Numbered from the whole stretch's first letter, positions 37,527 to 50,441 are shown. The stretch: DNA of 63,976 nt, filler included, from Octopus bimaculoides (GCF_001194135.2; 12 parts of 9 records of this genome joined end to end with filler, not necessarily neighbours in it), one strand, 5' to 3'. Translations and numbers: made by a program. The notes: a model not told the origin generated them from the letters alone.

Positions 37527-38226
37527 NNNNNNNNNNNNNNNNNNNNNNNNNNNNNNNNNNNNNNNNNNNNNNNNNNNNNNNNNNNNNNNNNNNNNNNNNN
37601 NNNNNNNNNNNNNNNNNNNNNNNNNNNNNNNNNNNNNNNNNNNNNNNNNNNNNNNNNNNNNNNNNNNNNNNNNNNNNNNNNNNNNNNNNNNNNNNNNNNN
37701 NNNNNNNNNNNNNNNNNNNNNNNNNNNNNNNNNNNNNNNNNNNNNNNNNNNNNNNNNNNNNNNNNNNNNNNNNNNNNNNNNNNNNNNNNNNNNNNNNNNN
37801 NNNNNNNNNNNNNNNNNNNNNNNNNNNNNNNNNNNNNNNNNNNNNNNNNNNNNNNNNNNNNNNNNNNNNNNNNNNNNNNNNNNNNNNNNNNNNNNNNNNN
37901 NNNNNNNNNNNNNNNNNNNNNNNNNNNNNNNNNNNNNNNNNNNNNNNNNNNNNNNNNNNNNNNNNNNNNNNNNNNNNNNNNNNNNNNNNNNNNNNNNNNN
38001 NNNNNNNNNNNNNNNNNNNNNNNNNNNNNNNNNNNNNNNNNNNNNNNNNNNNNNNNNNNNNNNNNNNNNNNNNNNNNNNNNNNNNNNNNNNNNNNNNNNN
38101 NNNNNNNNNNNNNNNNNNNNNNNNNNNNNNNGTGTGTGTGTTAGGAATATATGTAATATTGTGTGTTGTGTATATATTGTAAAGTTCAATGGAAAATTTT
38201 TTTCAGCGAAAGAGCGGGAGCGAGTT

Positions 38227-38279
<53 letters not shown>

Positions 38280-39075
38280 ATTGTTTTCGTTGGTTTCATT
38301 TATTTATTTGTTTGTTTGTTTATTAATTATTTTTTGACATCCATCTCTTAATTCCCCAACGTGTTTCATCAATATTACGAGATTAAATTGATTAGATACA
38401 ACTGGATGGATTGTTTCTGTGTGAATAAATAAATATACGTAAATATAGATATAAATATATATATATACAGAGAGAAAGAGGGGGAGTGAGTAAGATGGAG
38501 AGTGATGCTGGCTAAAGGAATAGGCAGGAGGGGGGGGAGAAAGAAAGAGGATGAAAGAAATGGAGAGAAGGAAAGAGAGAAAGAGAGGAATTAAGTGATT
38601 AAAGGGAAAAGAAAAATTACAGCGAACGGAAAGTAGGAAATGAAAATAGAATAAGTGTCGAATGAGAGAGAGAGAGAGAAAAGAGGGATATAAGGAGATG
38701 GAGATAGAGTGAAAGAGTGAGTGTGTGAGAGGCTTATGAAGAGATAGAAAGAAAAGGAAAGACTAAAAGAGGTAGAGAGAGAGTGTGGTGTCGGAGGCTA
38801 GGAGTGTTATTTCAACGATGGTTGGTGTAGATAAGGGCCAAGAAGCTGAGGTGCGGTAGCAGCCACCAATAAACGAGCAGATCTAGAAATACACACGGAC
38901 CCAAACCGCACATTTTCAACATGTGATGTACGTTGTTGTCGTTTTTGACTTGATAAAAGCTTTCCTACTCTTCTCTCGAAAATATCGTATTTTTTGGCTG
39001 AAAGAAGGGAACTTGGGTTTTGTTTTTTTTAACCCTTTTTAAGACGGCGCCGTTGTGTGAAGTGAGATAAGGGCT

Positions 39076-39263
39076 CTCTTTACTCTTTTACTCTTTTACT
39101 TGTTTCAGTCATTTGACTGCGGCCATGCTGGAGCACCGCCTTTTAGTCGAGCAAATCGACCCCCCAGGACTTATTCTATGTAAGCCTAGTACTTATTCTA
39201 TCGGTCTCTTTTTGCTGAACCGCTAAGTTACGGGGACGTAAACACACCAGCATCGGTTATCAA
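39076..39263 (-). mobile_element. CORE-type SINE tail, young copy
   Basis: (TTTTACTC)n TTGTTTCAGTCATTTGACTGCGGCCATGCTGGAGCACCGCC...CAGCATCGGTT. Confidence 0.9.
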
Positions 39264-39369
39264 NNNNNNNNNNNNNNNNNNNNNNNNNNNNNNNNNNNNN
39301 NNNNNNNTTAATTAATTAANNNNNNNNNNNNNNNNNNNNNNNNNNNNNNNNNNNNNNNNNNNNAAAAAA

Positions 39370-41000
39370 AAAGGCCTTCACTGAGGACCCTGATTGGCCT
39401 CCGGAGGTGGTTGCGGAGGTCATAGGGGAAACTGACTTGTGCAGGATAATGAACTCCTTCCCCGAGGATATATTAGAATTTATGCTAAAGTGTCCCTACT
39501 TGGCACCGTCCAGGTACTTGAATGAGGCAGTGTGCCTAGTCGGGCATGGAAGTAAGAAGCTTTAATGCCTCGAGTTGTAGAAAAGGTAAGAGGCTTACTG
39601 CCTCATTTTGTAAGGACGTGGAGTCCATTTGTGAAAAATGTAAGAGGCTTAGTGCTTCATTTGAAAGGACCTTGTGTCCCAATGAACTATAGTAAGAGGT
39701 TTATAACCCCAATTGGTTTTATAAAAGAGAAAAAAGAACAATGTTTTCGGGAAGCATCGATCGGCGGGAGTCGTCTGCTTCCCTCATCAATATCATTATT
39801 TTGCTCATCATTCATTTCATTTGTGTTGTTGTCCAGCCCGCATTTTGCTACTATCTATATAATGCCTTTATGGCAAATTTGGTGAAATAGAGAAGGCTAA
39901 CAATACCCCTCGGGTCTTTAGACGTTCTAAAATAATTTCCGGAATGTGTTTTTGGAGCAAACGTGAACAATTGCCTGCGAAAATGTGAGAGCGTGAGATT
40001 ATGAGTAAAACCATGATACTCACAACAAAGTCCTGGGACTTGGCGACTCTGGAATTGGGTGGTTGTTTCTTTCTGTGACAGAATATTTCGTCCAAAATAT
40101 ATGAGTTTTACATTTTTGCTCTTAGATAACTTAGATAGGTTAGGCCGAGGCTATGTCTAACTTAATAGCACCACCTGGTGAAGTCTTTTAGATCGTGATT
40201 AGCACCTCAGTCGTATATAGTACACCATGGCCCACTCTAACAACGAGTTATTATTGTTGGAGACATATCCAGGTGTAGGAGGTTGGTTCGGGATTTTTTG
40301 GAGAAATTTGTACAGATAATTTTTGAATTTTGTGGGATCTGTTTCTGTTTTGATGTATTTTGGTATAATATTAAAGAGAGCTGAAGCGGTTGAGGTAAAG
40401 TATTTGTGTCGTAACATTGTTATGTCTTAAGTTCGATTTTTGTAGTGGGCCGATAGCACGGGGGCCAAGTCTTGAGTGGATTTTAAAATTGATGCCAACA
40501 TCATTTGTGCAATATTGATGGAATATTTTCCGCATCACACAAATGATGTAGCGCTCACAGCGGTATTGGAGAGGGTATAGATTGAGTTTTTGTTTAGTTT
40601 TTTTTTAGTAGACCCCAGTAGTCAAAGTCTGTCATGCTGTCTACCTTTCTTGTTTTTGTTGACCACTGGAGTGCTTCCACTCATGTGGAGAGACCACAGT
40701 GGGCAACAATAGTCAAGGTAGGGACGGGCAAAGGTAGAGCAGAGAAGGATGATGGTGTGAGCATTTGTAGACCAGAAAGTTCTCAGAATCCAGGAGCACA
40801 TCTTGCGGACCAAGTCACCTTGCTGTGTATATAGGAACTCTAGCTTAGATTGTTATCAACAATTACTCCAAGGTCTCTAATGTTTTTGAATGACACTTGG
40901 GAAGGGCATATGGTAATTTCAGAGTATCCCTCCACTTTATGCTAGTTTTCTGTAAATTTTCATGAGACAGGTGCAATAGTGAAAGTTTACCGTTTGCTGC
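39370..41000 (-). mobile_element. CR1-group LINE fragments
   Basis: RKMCSWILRTF...FARPYLDYCCPLWS (RT thumb) and LFNIIPKYIKTETDPTKFKNYLYKFLQKIPNQPPTPGY...NSLLEW (3' end). The 39370-40100 part is LINE-like but unresolved. Confidence 0.75.
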
Positions 41001-41819
41001 TGTGCATAAACATAAGAAAGGAGAAAAATTGTTACCGAAGATTTCTTTGTTTGTATACATGTCATTTAAGCATAAAAGAACTTATGCCTATAAAGTTTTT
41101 ATATGGAATTAGTAATATTCCAAGTCGGACAAAATTTGGATATGACATTTATTTATATCATAAATACAAAACTTTGATTATGGTACCTGTTTTCATTTTT
41201 TATTATTATTCTTAAAGATCTCATTTTTATTAATCTGTAGCGGTGCTTACATTTGAAACCACGTTAGCTCAGGAACAACAGAAATAGGCCGCAGCATATC
41301 AGGTAACTTGTCCAAAATTCTAACCAATAGTATTTCAGCTCCAATCGTATGATCGATGGAAAATGTCCACGAGTTTCCCACTAAAACATGGTCATAAATA
41401 TAGAAATGCGAGACAGCGCAGAGGTTTAGAGAGGTTCCTGAAAGTACGGACCGACACAGGGTCTTTGGTTGCTGCTCGACCTAGGATTAAAAATAATCAC
41501 TCTCGCCGATTAACATATTTTCATTTATATGTATATAATAGTTTACTTTTTCTTAAAGAAATACTCAATACCCCTTCCTCTACCTCGTCCACCCATAACC
41601 TACCAGCTTTCAAAAAGCTAAAATCTCCCAATCTTTCACTTTTGGCTGATATTTCCCGCATGCGTAGAATTCTACTGAAATAGTGGACTTAAAAAATACC
41701 AGACCACCACCAGAAAACCNNNNNNNNNNNNNNNNNNNNNNNNNNNNNNNNNNNNNNNNNNNNTTAATTAATTAANNNNNNNNNNNNNNNNNNNNNNNNN
41801 NNNNNNNNNNNNNNNNNNN

Positions 41820-41868
41820 AGAGCTGCGCTCGGTAGTGAAGTGAAAGCACGTTATGAAAATAAGACTA

Positions 41869-41945
<77 letters not shown>

Positions 41946-42143
41946 TAAAAATAATAATAATAATAATAATAAAAAATAATAATAATAATAATGACATCGA
42001 AAAATATCTGAGGAATGAGAACCCAGGTTCGAAATTTCCCCAAGATACTTGATGAAGGCTGGAGGGTATATCAGCCGAAACGTTATGTTAGCAACAAACA
42101 AGATGAGGACAAATATCCGTCAAATGTAAATAATGTAAATAAC
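41820..42143 (+). mobile_element. Penelope-related short repeat (family 1) with internal (AAT)n
   Basis: Homologous to 12338-12513; 5' part AGAGCTGCGCTCGGTAGTG...ACTACTG, then (AAT)n, then the hammerhead-bearing tail. Confidence 0.85.
42044..42089 (+). ncRNA. Minimal type I hammerhead motif (family 1), core mutated
   Basis: GATAC TTGATGA A GGCTG gagggtatat CAGCC GAAA CGTT ATGTT: palindromic AACGTT is intact, but C3 is U and the first stem I pair is broken. Confidence 0.6.
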
Positions 42144-42914
42144 ACAACGTAATTAGTTTTTCAATTGTATGGCTCCTCATCTGTTTGCATATTTAGACGC
42201 AATGTTCCTTGATGTCTCTGGTTTGGTTAAGACTCGGGTGTAGCTTCTATAGATTAAAGCAAATGCAAAACAATAGCAGCAGCAGCAGCAACATCATCAA
42301 CAACAGTAATAGTAATACTTTATCTTCGAGGCTGAAAACATTTTCATAACGGTAAGATGTAACTGTAATAATCAAAACCCAAATACTTTTTCAGTACTTT
42401 AACTTACGTGAAATAAAATTAGATCCCGTGCAGTCAGGCACCGAAATTGTGATAATGTTATTCCAAGTTAGTATCCTGAAACTGTCGGTGCTAACTCCAT
42501 GTCCCTAACAATACCGACAAAAAACAACAATAAATACTTTCAACAACAGCAACGATAATAATAAGACGGATGTCAGAGGCGACCAGACAGACGGATGTAA
42601 GACAAGCTGTCCGGATGTAATATCAAGACAGGTCACATTTCCTTGATGACCTCCAAAAATATAGACTAAATCCAACACAAACAAAAGAAAAGGTGAGTAC
42701 AATAATCTGTAGTACACCTAGCCATATCATCTGCATTTTCCTTAAATAAATAAAAGATATTCATCTAAATATTGGAAAACGTGTCCCGTCGACTTGTTCA
42801 AAATTACCTCAAAGTGCTTGATTCTTCGTTCGGTTTACAGAGTAAGTTGTTGATTCGTTACATCTCAATATTTCATATCAGTTTTTCTGTTAGGAAGCTT
42901 TTGCCAAATTATTG

Positions 42915-43490
42915 GTCATGGCTACGTGGTTGAGAACTAAGTTGTACAACCAAGTGGTTTCAGGTTCAGTGCCACAGCATGGCACCTGTGACTAGTAGGC
43001 AAGTGTCTTCTACAATTGCCTCGAACCGAATGCATTGCGAGTGAATTTATTTGACAGAAACTGTGTGCGACTGTACGCACGTGTGTTCTATAATGATAGA
43101 TTGGTATAGTTCAAATTCCACCGAGGTTGACTTTGCCTTTCATCCTTTCGGGGTCGATAGATTAACTACCAGTTGCGTACTGGTGTCGATCTAATCGACT
43201 GGCCTCCTATCCAAAAGTTTCGGACCTTGTGCCTAAACATATAGTATGTATGTATCTGCGCGTCTCTTTGTGTTTTTGTTATGGTTGTCGCGAACCATCA
43301 CTTGATGGCCGCTGTTGGTTTGTTTATGTCTTCGTAAAATAGCTGGTTGGTAAAAAGAAACCCCTAAGAATAAGTACGAGGCTTAAAAACAATATCGTAT
43401 TGCTGTCAATTTCTTTGACCAAATCCGTGAAGGCATTCCTCCAGTAGGGACGCAATCCACAGACGTAAATAAGTGGAAAGATAAAAGATA
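42915..43490 (+). mobile_element. CORE-type SINE with a Meta-like SINE (43105-43237) inserted at its microsatellite hinge
   Basis: Head at 42915-43080; AGTTCAAATTCCACCGAGGTTGACTTTGCCTTTCATCCTTTCGGGGTCGATAG at 43105 onward; tail at 43290-43490. Confidence 0.75.
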
Positions 43491-43727
43491 AGGATATGTA
43501 TATAATAGATATATAAAGTATTAAATGTATATGTATTTACGTATGTGTTTATATCTATATGCCATTATATACAGTAACGACACCGTAGAGTAATGACTTT
43601 TTGCCAGCATAATGTGACAGTCCCAGGATGGCACGAATGTTACTGTTATTTAGTCCCGGAAGCATCGTTTCCACCTGGCTATACGACACAAAAAATTCTG
43701 TGTCCTTATATTTTCGAAGAGAGGAGG

Positions 43728-43768
43728 TCAGCAGCTCCACCCAGCATAACTTGTGCAGGGTGGAGCTG

Positions 43769-43772
<4 letters not shown>
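43728..43772. other. 45-nt GC-rich hairpin with a perfect 15-bp stem
   Basis: TCAGCAGCTCCACCC (43728-42) is the exact reverse complement of GGGTGGAGCTGCTGA (43758-72); the inner GCATA/TGTGC can also pair. Confidence 0.9.
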
Positions 43773-43818
<46 letters not shown>

Positions 43819-44347
43819 CGTCTATGTGTGTGTGTGTGTGTGTGTGTGTATGTATATGTATATATACATATATGAGTGTGTGTGTGTGTGTGTGTATGGT
43901 TGTATGTCTGGCAACATAGTTGCTTACATGGGTTTTTGCATGTGTATGTATATGGGCAAATCATAAAAGATGGTGATAGTGCTTAAGAAGACTTTTACCT
44001 TTGTTTACCTATCCGGATTTGGGATTTTTAAGAAGCGGGTAACTTGGCCACCAACTGCTAAAAAATACTTAGCCACATGCCAAGAAGTGCTTGCTGTTAA
44101 ATGAAAATAAACAACTGGGGTATAAGTTAAAATGTGGTCTATATTATATACACATACAGTAATTCTTATGTATGTATGTATGTATGTATGTATGTATGTA
44201 TGTATGTATGTATGTATGTATGTACGTACGTATGCATGTTGTTTTTATGTCCACTGATAATAAAAACAATTTTACATCAATGTGATGGGTTACTATATAC
44301 TTTAGTAAAGTATAAATTTATTATTCTTAAACAAGAAAATTATTGAG

Positions 44348-44426
44348 AGTGACTTCGAAGTTTCGGCCAGTTAAGCTCTCGCCTGGCTGCGACGATGGGT
44401 TAGCTGGTCGAAACTTCGAAGTCACT
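44348..44426 (+). other. 79-nt hairpin with a 27-bp stem
   Basis: 44348-44374 pairs with 44400-44426: 25 Watson-Crick plus 2 G:U pairs; inner TCGC/GCGA stem. Confidence 0.9.
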
Positions 44427-44591
44427 AGCCATAATATTCTTCTTTCAGAATAATATGAATAATATGTGTGTGTGTGCATGTACATATATACATTGTGCGT
44501 GTAGAGTGTGCAAATGTATATGTACGTTGTAAGTATATGTACATATTTATATATACGTATCTGTGTGTATGTGCATATATACATATATACA

Positions 44592-44631
<40 letters not shown>

Positions 44632-45764
44632 NNNNNNNNNNNNNNNNNNNNNNNNNNNNNNNNNNNNNNNNNNNNNNNNNNNNNNNNNNNNNNNNNNNNN
44701 NNNNNNNNNNNNNNNNNNNNNNNTATGTATTGTATATATATGTATATATATATGCATATACATATGCATATATATGTGTGTGTGAAATAGAGATAGATAG
44801 ATAGAGAAAGAGAGAGGGAGAGAGACGGGTGGGAGAAAGGGGTTGCGGGAGAGAGTGTGACAAGGAAGAAAATCGTAAAATGATAGATTGGTTAAATAAG
44901 CAAGTGAAAATATATATAAATAAATCTTTGGAAAGACATAAAGGAATTCGAAGACAAACGAATGTCGGCGTAGGGGCACACCCTTCTTATCAAAACTGTC
45001 AGGATATGGTTATATACTGCGTGGTGTGTGAAGGGGACTCTTTAAAGTAAGGGTCTATGTTTAGGGGTTTGATGTTTTCAGTGCATAATACAGAAAAATA
45101 CTTTTTCTACCTTACATATCTTTCATTCGTTCTCTTAAATATTTTTATGTTTGCTTCCAATTTTCTGTTGCTCTACTTTTACCTCTTATTGTTTGTTTCT
45201 CTTCTTTCCCCTCTTTTACTATTTTAACGGATGTTCGTATTCTCAGTCCCTATTCATCTATCCCTCTATCCGTATCAACTTTCTGTTCAGCTTCTACAGC
45301 ACGGAATACTTTCTTACAAGATAATATTATTACAGTAACATATTTCAGTGTGATTATATCATTATCACATGTTAAAAGCTTCGTTTAGAAGTACTGAGCC
45401 GTATTGATTTACACACTCACACTCATACACGCATGTACACTCATGCATACAATCCCACATACACACATTTTTGTATGGATCTTCCTAGATATAGTCGAAT
45501 AAAGAACTGACTGCACATATTGAAAGTGTGAGGTATATTTGAATTTCCTATGATTCTCTTTACAACCGAGACTTAGCAACATACAAGTAACCAGTATTTT
45601 TTGCGTTGGTTTATGATGTGCATATATCATAAGTTAGCAAACAACCGGAAATATAACAGCTTGATACATTGCTAATTCAGCTGTATACGTATATATATTT
45701 ATTGATAAATGCATGCATACATAGCTCATCCATCCATAAATACATGCACTCGTAGATACACAAG

Positions 45765-46060
45765 TACTTACATACAAATCCGAGACAGACAAGAAAAGGT
45801 ATGTACCGTCATAGAGATCAGCTTCTCTACTGATGTGAATATCTCTTTGAAAATCAAAGAGGAGGATAACTATAGACAACTGATTCGAAACCTTCAGGTT
45901 CTATAGCCAGATTATAAATTCACGTTTATACGAATAGGAATTGATTGGTTTTGTGAGTGACAGTCTGAAAGAGCTAGGGTTTTCAGAAAAGGAAATCAGT
46001 CATTTAATATTTCCATTACAAATACAATCTCAAAGCAGACAATAAAAATATGCAAAGTTA
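45765..46060 (+). mobile_element. RLE-type (R4/NeSL-like) LINE endonuclease C-terminus
   Basis: IRDRQEKVCTVIEISFSTDVNISLKIKEEDNYRQLIRNLQVL*PDYKFTFI ... TIKICK matches the restriction-like endonuclease domain. Confidence 0.8.
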
Positions 46061-46802
46061 AGAAAATGATGAACATCCTTAATTGATTTTCAAAGCTTAT
46101 TGGTTTCTCATCAAGGTTGTTGGGAGGCTCTGAATAGACGTAGCGTCTTTAATTTCTGGCAGCTGCACCTTGCCAGGGACGGCCAAGTGGACCAGCATCA
46201 CTGGTTACTCAACTCCAAATATCACTTGATGGCACCCAACGTAATACTCCGACACCCAACTTAATTTGGTGGATAAGCAAAGTGTGAGAATGACATTAAC
46301 ACTGCACCAATAAGCGAAAGACTCCGCATAAGGTTTCCCAGAGAGTCACTGGCTAGGTAAGAGGTACCTGTTCAGGTCAACGGTCTAGTGTTAGAGGCCG
46401 AAGTGTGTCTAAGATAGAGACATAAGATTGTGGTTAACAGCCTGGAGAGGAATGGGCATCGTCACACTAACTTGCCCATGAGACATTCATGATGAGGAAA
46501 ACCAAACCGGAACCATACTGCATCTGTCGTCACCCGGTTTAACATCATGAGTGGACAGGCCTCAGTTTCGCCGAGTGACAGAGGGCAGAAGACCGAGAGA
46601 AATGATGAAATCTGGTTGCGACATCAACAATGAATGTCCCAAAGACCAGACGATCAAAGGTAAGAAGAAAGTGGGGATCAGCGGTGTCTACATCGCTTGA
46701 CCAATCTCAGAGAAACCAGATTATACATACACCAAATCCAGTGGCTTCAGAGAATTGGTGTTACTAATTTGCATTCTAAAATATTTAACACTTTATTTAT
46801 TA

Positions 46803-47083
46803 CTAGCAGAGGCACCCGGCGTTGCTCGGGAATGAAATTGTTGCTTATATACTTGAAGAAAAAAGGCAAAATATGCTGTATAGAAATTTGAGGACATTCT
46901 GTAGATGGACTCTCAGATGAATGATGGCTGGGCGCCTCTCATGAATGGGGAAAATTGAAGATGTGCCAAAAAGCCTCATTGGTACTTGGAAACTTTTACG
47001 AAAATTAAAATGGGGATTAAATGAAAAAAAATGATTTACGTCAATATCCTCACAAGAGTAATTGAAATAAATGGCGATTGTGG
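46803..47083 (-). mobile_element. Helitron 3' terminus
   Basis: Minus strand CCCGAGCAACGCCGGG hairpin (46830-46815), 8 nt, then CTAG|T (46806-46802); truncated by a gap. Confidence 0.75.
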
Positions 47084-47392
47084 NNNNNNNNNNNNNNNNN
47101 NNNNNNNNNNNNNNNNNNNNNNNNNNNTTAATTAATTAANNNNNNNNNNNNNNNNNNNNNNNNNNNNNNNNNNNNNNNNNNNNATATATATATACATATA
47201 TACACGCATAGACATAGCTATCCAGTTATAAATTCGTACATCAGTGTGTCTGTCTGACTGTATACCTGTCTCTGTCAGTGTAGAAATTTTATATAATTAC
47301 ATCACGTTTTACCTTTCTTTCTATCGATTGCGATTATTTGAGACTCTTGCTATCCATACACATCAATGTATATGGATGCCTATACATGTCTG

Positions 47393-47617
47393 CGAGGAAG
47401 GCGGTGCTGAAAAGTTCGTGGCTTTAACGATGTCGCAAAAGGCCTGGTTGGATGCTCTACCTTCCCGGTTCTTATACAGAGGAACTTTGAAAAACTGAAG
47501 GACCGCTGCAATAGGTGGGTGGATCTGAGAACGGTTTATATTGAATAAAATCATAATTAATCGACCCTCCTGTATTTTTCTTTTACCGGAAGCCAGGAAC
47601 TTTTCAGCACACCCTCG
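47393..47617 (+). mobile_element. Mariner-derived MITE (~225 bp)
   Basis: TIRs GGTGCTGAAAAGTTCGTGGCTT / AAGCCAGGAACTTTTCAGCAC..CCTCG-TA; retains EKLKDRCNRWVDLRTVYIE*. Confidence 0.85.
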
Positions 47618-47667
47618 TATAAACACAAACACACACACACACACATACGCGAATCAACGTAGGACTA

Positions 47668-47850
47668 TTTTTACTTGTTTCAATCATTTGACTGCGGCCA
47701 TGCTGGAGCACCACTTGTAGTCGAATAATTCGACCCAGGACTTATCCTTTGTAAGCCTAGTACTTGTTCTATCGGTTCCTTTGGCCGAACCCCTAAGTTA
47801 CGGGGACGTACATGCACCAGCATCGGTTGTCAAGCGATGGTGGGGAGACA
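47668..47850 (-). mobile_element. CORE-type SINE tail
   Basis: TTACTTGTTTCAATCATTTGACTGCGGCCATGCTGGAGCAC...CATCGGTTGTCAAGCGATGG. Confidence 0.9.
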
Positions 47851-47892
47851 CACACACAGACACACACATATATATATATATGTATATATGTT

Positions 47893-47949
<57 letters not shown>

Positions 47950-48973
47950 NNNNNNNNNNNNNNNNNNNNNNNNNNNNNNNNNNNNNNNNNNNNNNNNNNN
48001 NNNNNNNNNNNNNNNNNNNNNNNNNNNNNNNNNNNNNNNNNNNNNNNNNNNNNNNNNNNNNNNNNNNNNNNNNNNNNNNNNNNNNNNNNNNNNNNNNNNN
48101 NNNNNNNNNNNNNNNNNNNNNNNNNNNNNNNNNNNNNNNNNNNNNNNNNNNNNNNNNNNNNNNNNNNNNNNNNNNNNNNNNNNNNNNNNNNNNNNNNNNN
48201 NNNNNNNNNNNNNNNNNNNNNNNNNNNNNNNNNNNNNNNNNNNNNNNNNNNNNNNNNNNNNNNNNNNNNNNNNNNNNNNNNNNNNNNNNNNNNNNNNNNN
48301 NNNNNNNNNNNNNNNNNNNNNNNNNNNNNNNNNNNNNNNNNNNNNNNNNNNNNNNNNNNNNNNNNNNNNNNNNNNNNNNNNNNNNNNNNNNNNNNNNNNN
48401 NNNNNNNNNNNNNNNNNNNNNNNNNNNNNNNNNNNNNNNNNNNNNNNNNNNNNNNNNNNNNNNNNNNNNNNNNNNNNNNNNNNNNNNNNNNNNNNNNNNN
48501 NNNNNNNNNNNNNNNNNNNNNNNNNNNNNNNNNNNNNNNNNNNNNNNNNNNNNNNNNNNNNNNNNNNNNNNNNNNNNNNNNNNNNNNNTATATATATTTA
48601 TATATATATATATATATTTATATATATCACACAGCTACTTCTGCGCCTATATATGTATACTAAACAGTGTTACAAAATATCGATTCAGAAATTTTAGCTT
48701 CCACTGCATGTATAGATGATTATAAACAGATTATAAACACCATAACGTTATATATAACGTTAGTTAGCATACTAGTCATACAGAAACCCACAATTATTAA
48801 TACATCTATGATGTAGCTATGTTTATCTTAATCTGTTAAGTCACACGGCACACACACCCATACATGCACATGTGTGTATGTGCGTGCGTGCGTTTGTATA
48901 CCATGATTAAAATAATACGTGTTTATATTTAGGTGTATGCACGAACACATTGCTGTATGTGTATGTATGTGTG

Positions 48974-49019
<46 letters not shown>

Positions 49020-49444
49020 GTATGTGCGTGTACATATATATGTAAAAATTCTATCTATTCTAGTTATTTAGCTATATATATATATATATATANNNNNNNN
49101 NNNNNNNNNNNNNNNNNNNNNNNNNNNNNNNNNNNNTTAATTAATTAANNNNNNNNNNNNNNNNNNNNNNNNNNNNNNNNNNNNNNNNNNNNGGTTGTGG
49201 TGATTGTGGTGGTGGTGGTTGTGGTGGTAGTGGTGGTGGTGGTTGTGGTGGTGGTGGTTGTGGTGGTGGTGGTTGTGGCGGTGGTTATGTAGGTTGTAGT
49301 GGTTGTGTTTGTGTTGGTAGTTGTACTGATGATAGTGGTTGTGGTGGTTACGATGGTTGTGGTGGTGGTTGTAGAAGTTGTGTTTGTGGTAGTTATAAAT
49401 GGTATCTTGGCGACTATTTGTGTGCCTGCGTTTGTCTCCGCCGC

Positions 49445-50400
49445 TGTCGCTTGACAACTGATTGTTTACGTCCCCGTAACTTAGCGGTTCGGCAAGAAGA
49501 GAACGGGTGAATGAGTACTAGGCTTGCAAAGAATAATTCCTGGGGTCGAATTGTTCGACTAAAGGTGGAGCCACAGCATGGCCGCAGTCAAATGACTGAA
49601 ACAAGTAAAAGAATAAAGAATAAAAGCATTATACACACAGTTTCCGCCTACCTAATTATTACACAAGGTATTGGTCAGCCCGAGGTTGTAGAAGACGCAT
49701 GCCAAGAGGGCTTGAACCCGAAACTCCGTGGCTACTGGAAAGCGAGTTTCTTACTCACACACCCACTTCTCAATACTTGTCTTTCCCCAGGCGATGGAGA
49801 CCCACACTAAGCCCCTGCTTACACCCGGTTGCTCCACCTACGATCGATTGCTGCTAACCCCACTTCAAATACTACCCTATCCCTATCACGTACAGGTTAA
49901 ACTAATAGTGAATATGATGATATGTTAGAAAAGAAGACGTGATGGCCATAGTTGGAATATCGGTCGAGCGATAAATTTTCGACGCACAGTTGTTATCATG
50001 GTTTTCGTTACAGGCATTGATCAACTAATTTATAATTGTCATTTCCGTTTATAACATCTAATTCCTCTATGTTCACTGTTCTGTGAACAGCCTCTGATTA
50101 CCAAGTGGAACAGTGAACCGTACTGCTCCCTTCCCCGCTGCTCCCACCAACCTTTTTAACACACGCACACGCACACACACACGCATACTCTCTCTCTTTA
50201 TCACTCACTCACTCCCCCCTCTCTCTCTTCAGTTTCCTTCGTATACGCACATAAACCTCCACACATAAATGTATCTTTTACATTTTATCGTGTTTCAGTC
50301 ATTGGACTGCGGTCATGCTAGGTCATCACTCTGAAGGGTTCAAATCGAAAAAAATCGACCCCAATATTTATTTATTTATTTATTTATTCATTTATTTATT
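49445..50400. mobile_element. CORE-SINE cluster: tail plus (49445-49625), head minus (49635-49770), tail minus (50283-50400)
   Basis: CGCTTGACAAC...CATGGCCGCAGTCAAATGACTGAAAC and its reverse complement GTTTCAGTCATTGGACTGCGGTCATG. Confidence 0.8.
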
Positions 50401-50441
50401 CTCAAAATCTTGTACTTATTCTGTGCTGTAAAGGCGCGCGG

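Noticed and set aside
43555-43740. Minus-strand ORF (QVETMLPGLNNSNIRAILGLSHYAGKK) as an exon
   Set aside because: Plausible acceptor, but a weak donor and no recognisable homology; needs RNA evidence.
46100-46700. GC-richer segment as a gene exon
   Set aside because: Stops in the frames examined and no convincing splice pair; probably an old LINE remnant that I cannot classify.
49465-49520. HDV-like ribozyme in the CORE-SINE tail (TTAC-GTCCCC-GTAA...GG)
   Set aside because: P1 and P2 pair poorly and no catalytic C is apparent in the J4/2 position.
49791-49895. 105-nt plus-strand open block with a strong acceptor
   Set aside because: Weak GTTAAA donor, the acceptor abuts a SINE fragment, and the peptide is unrecognised.
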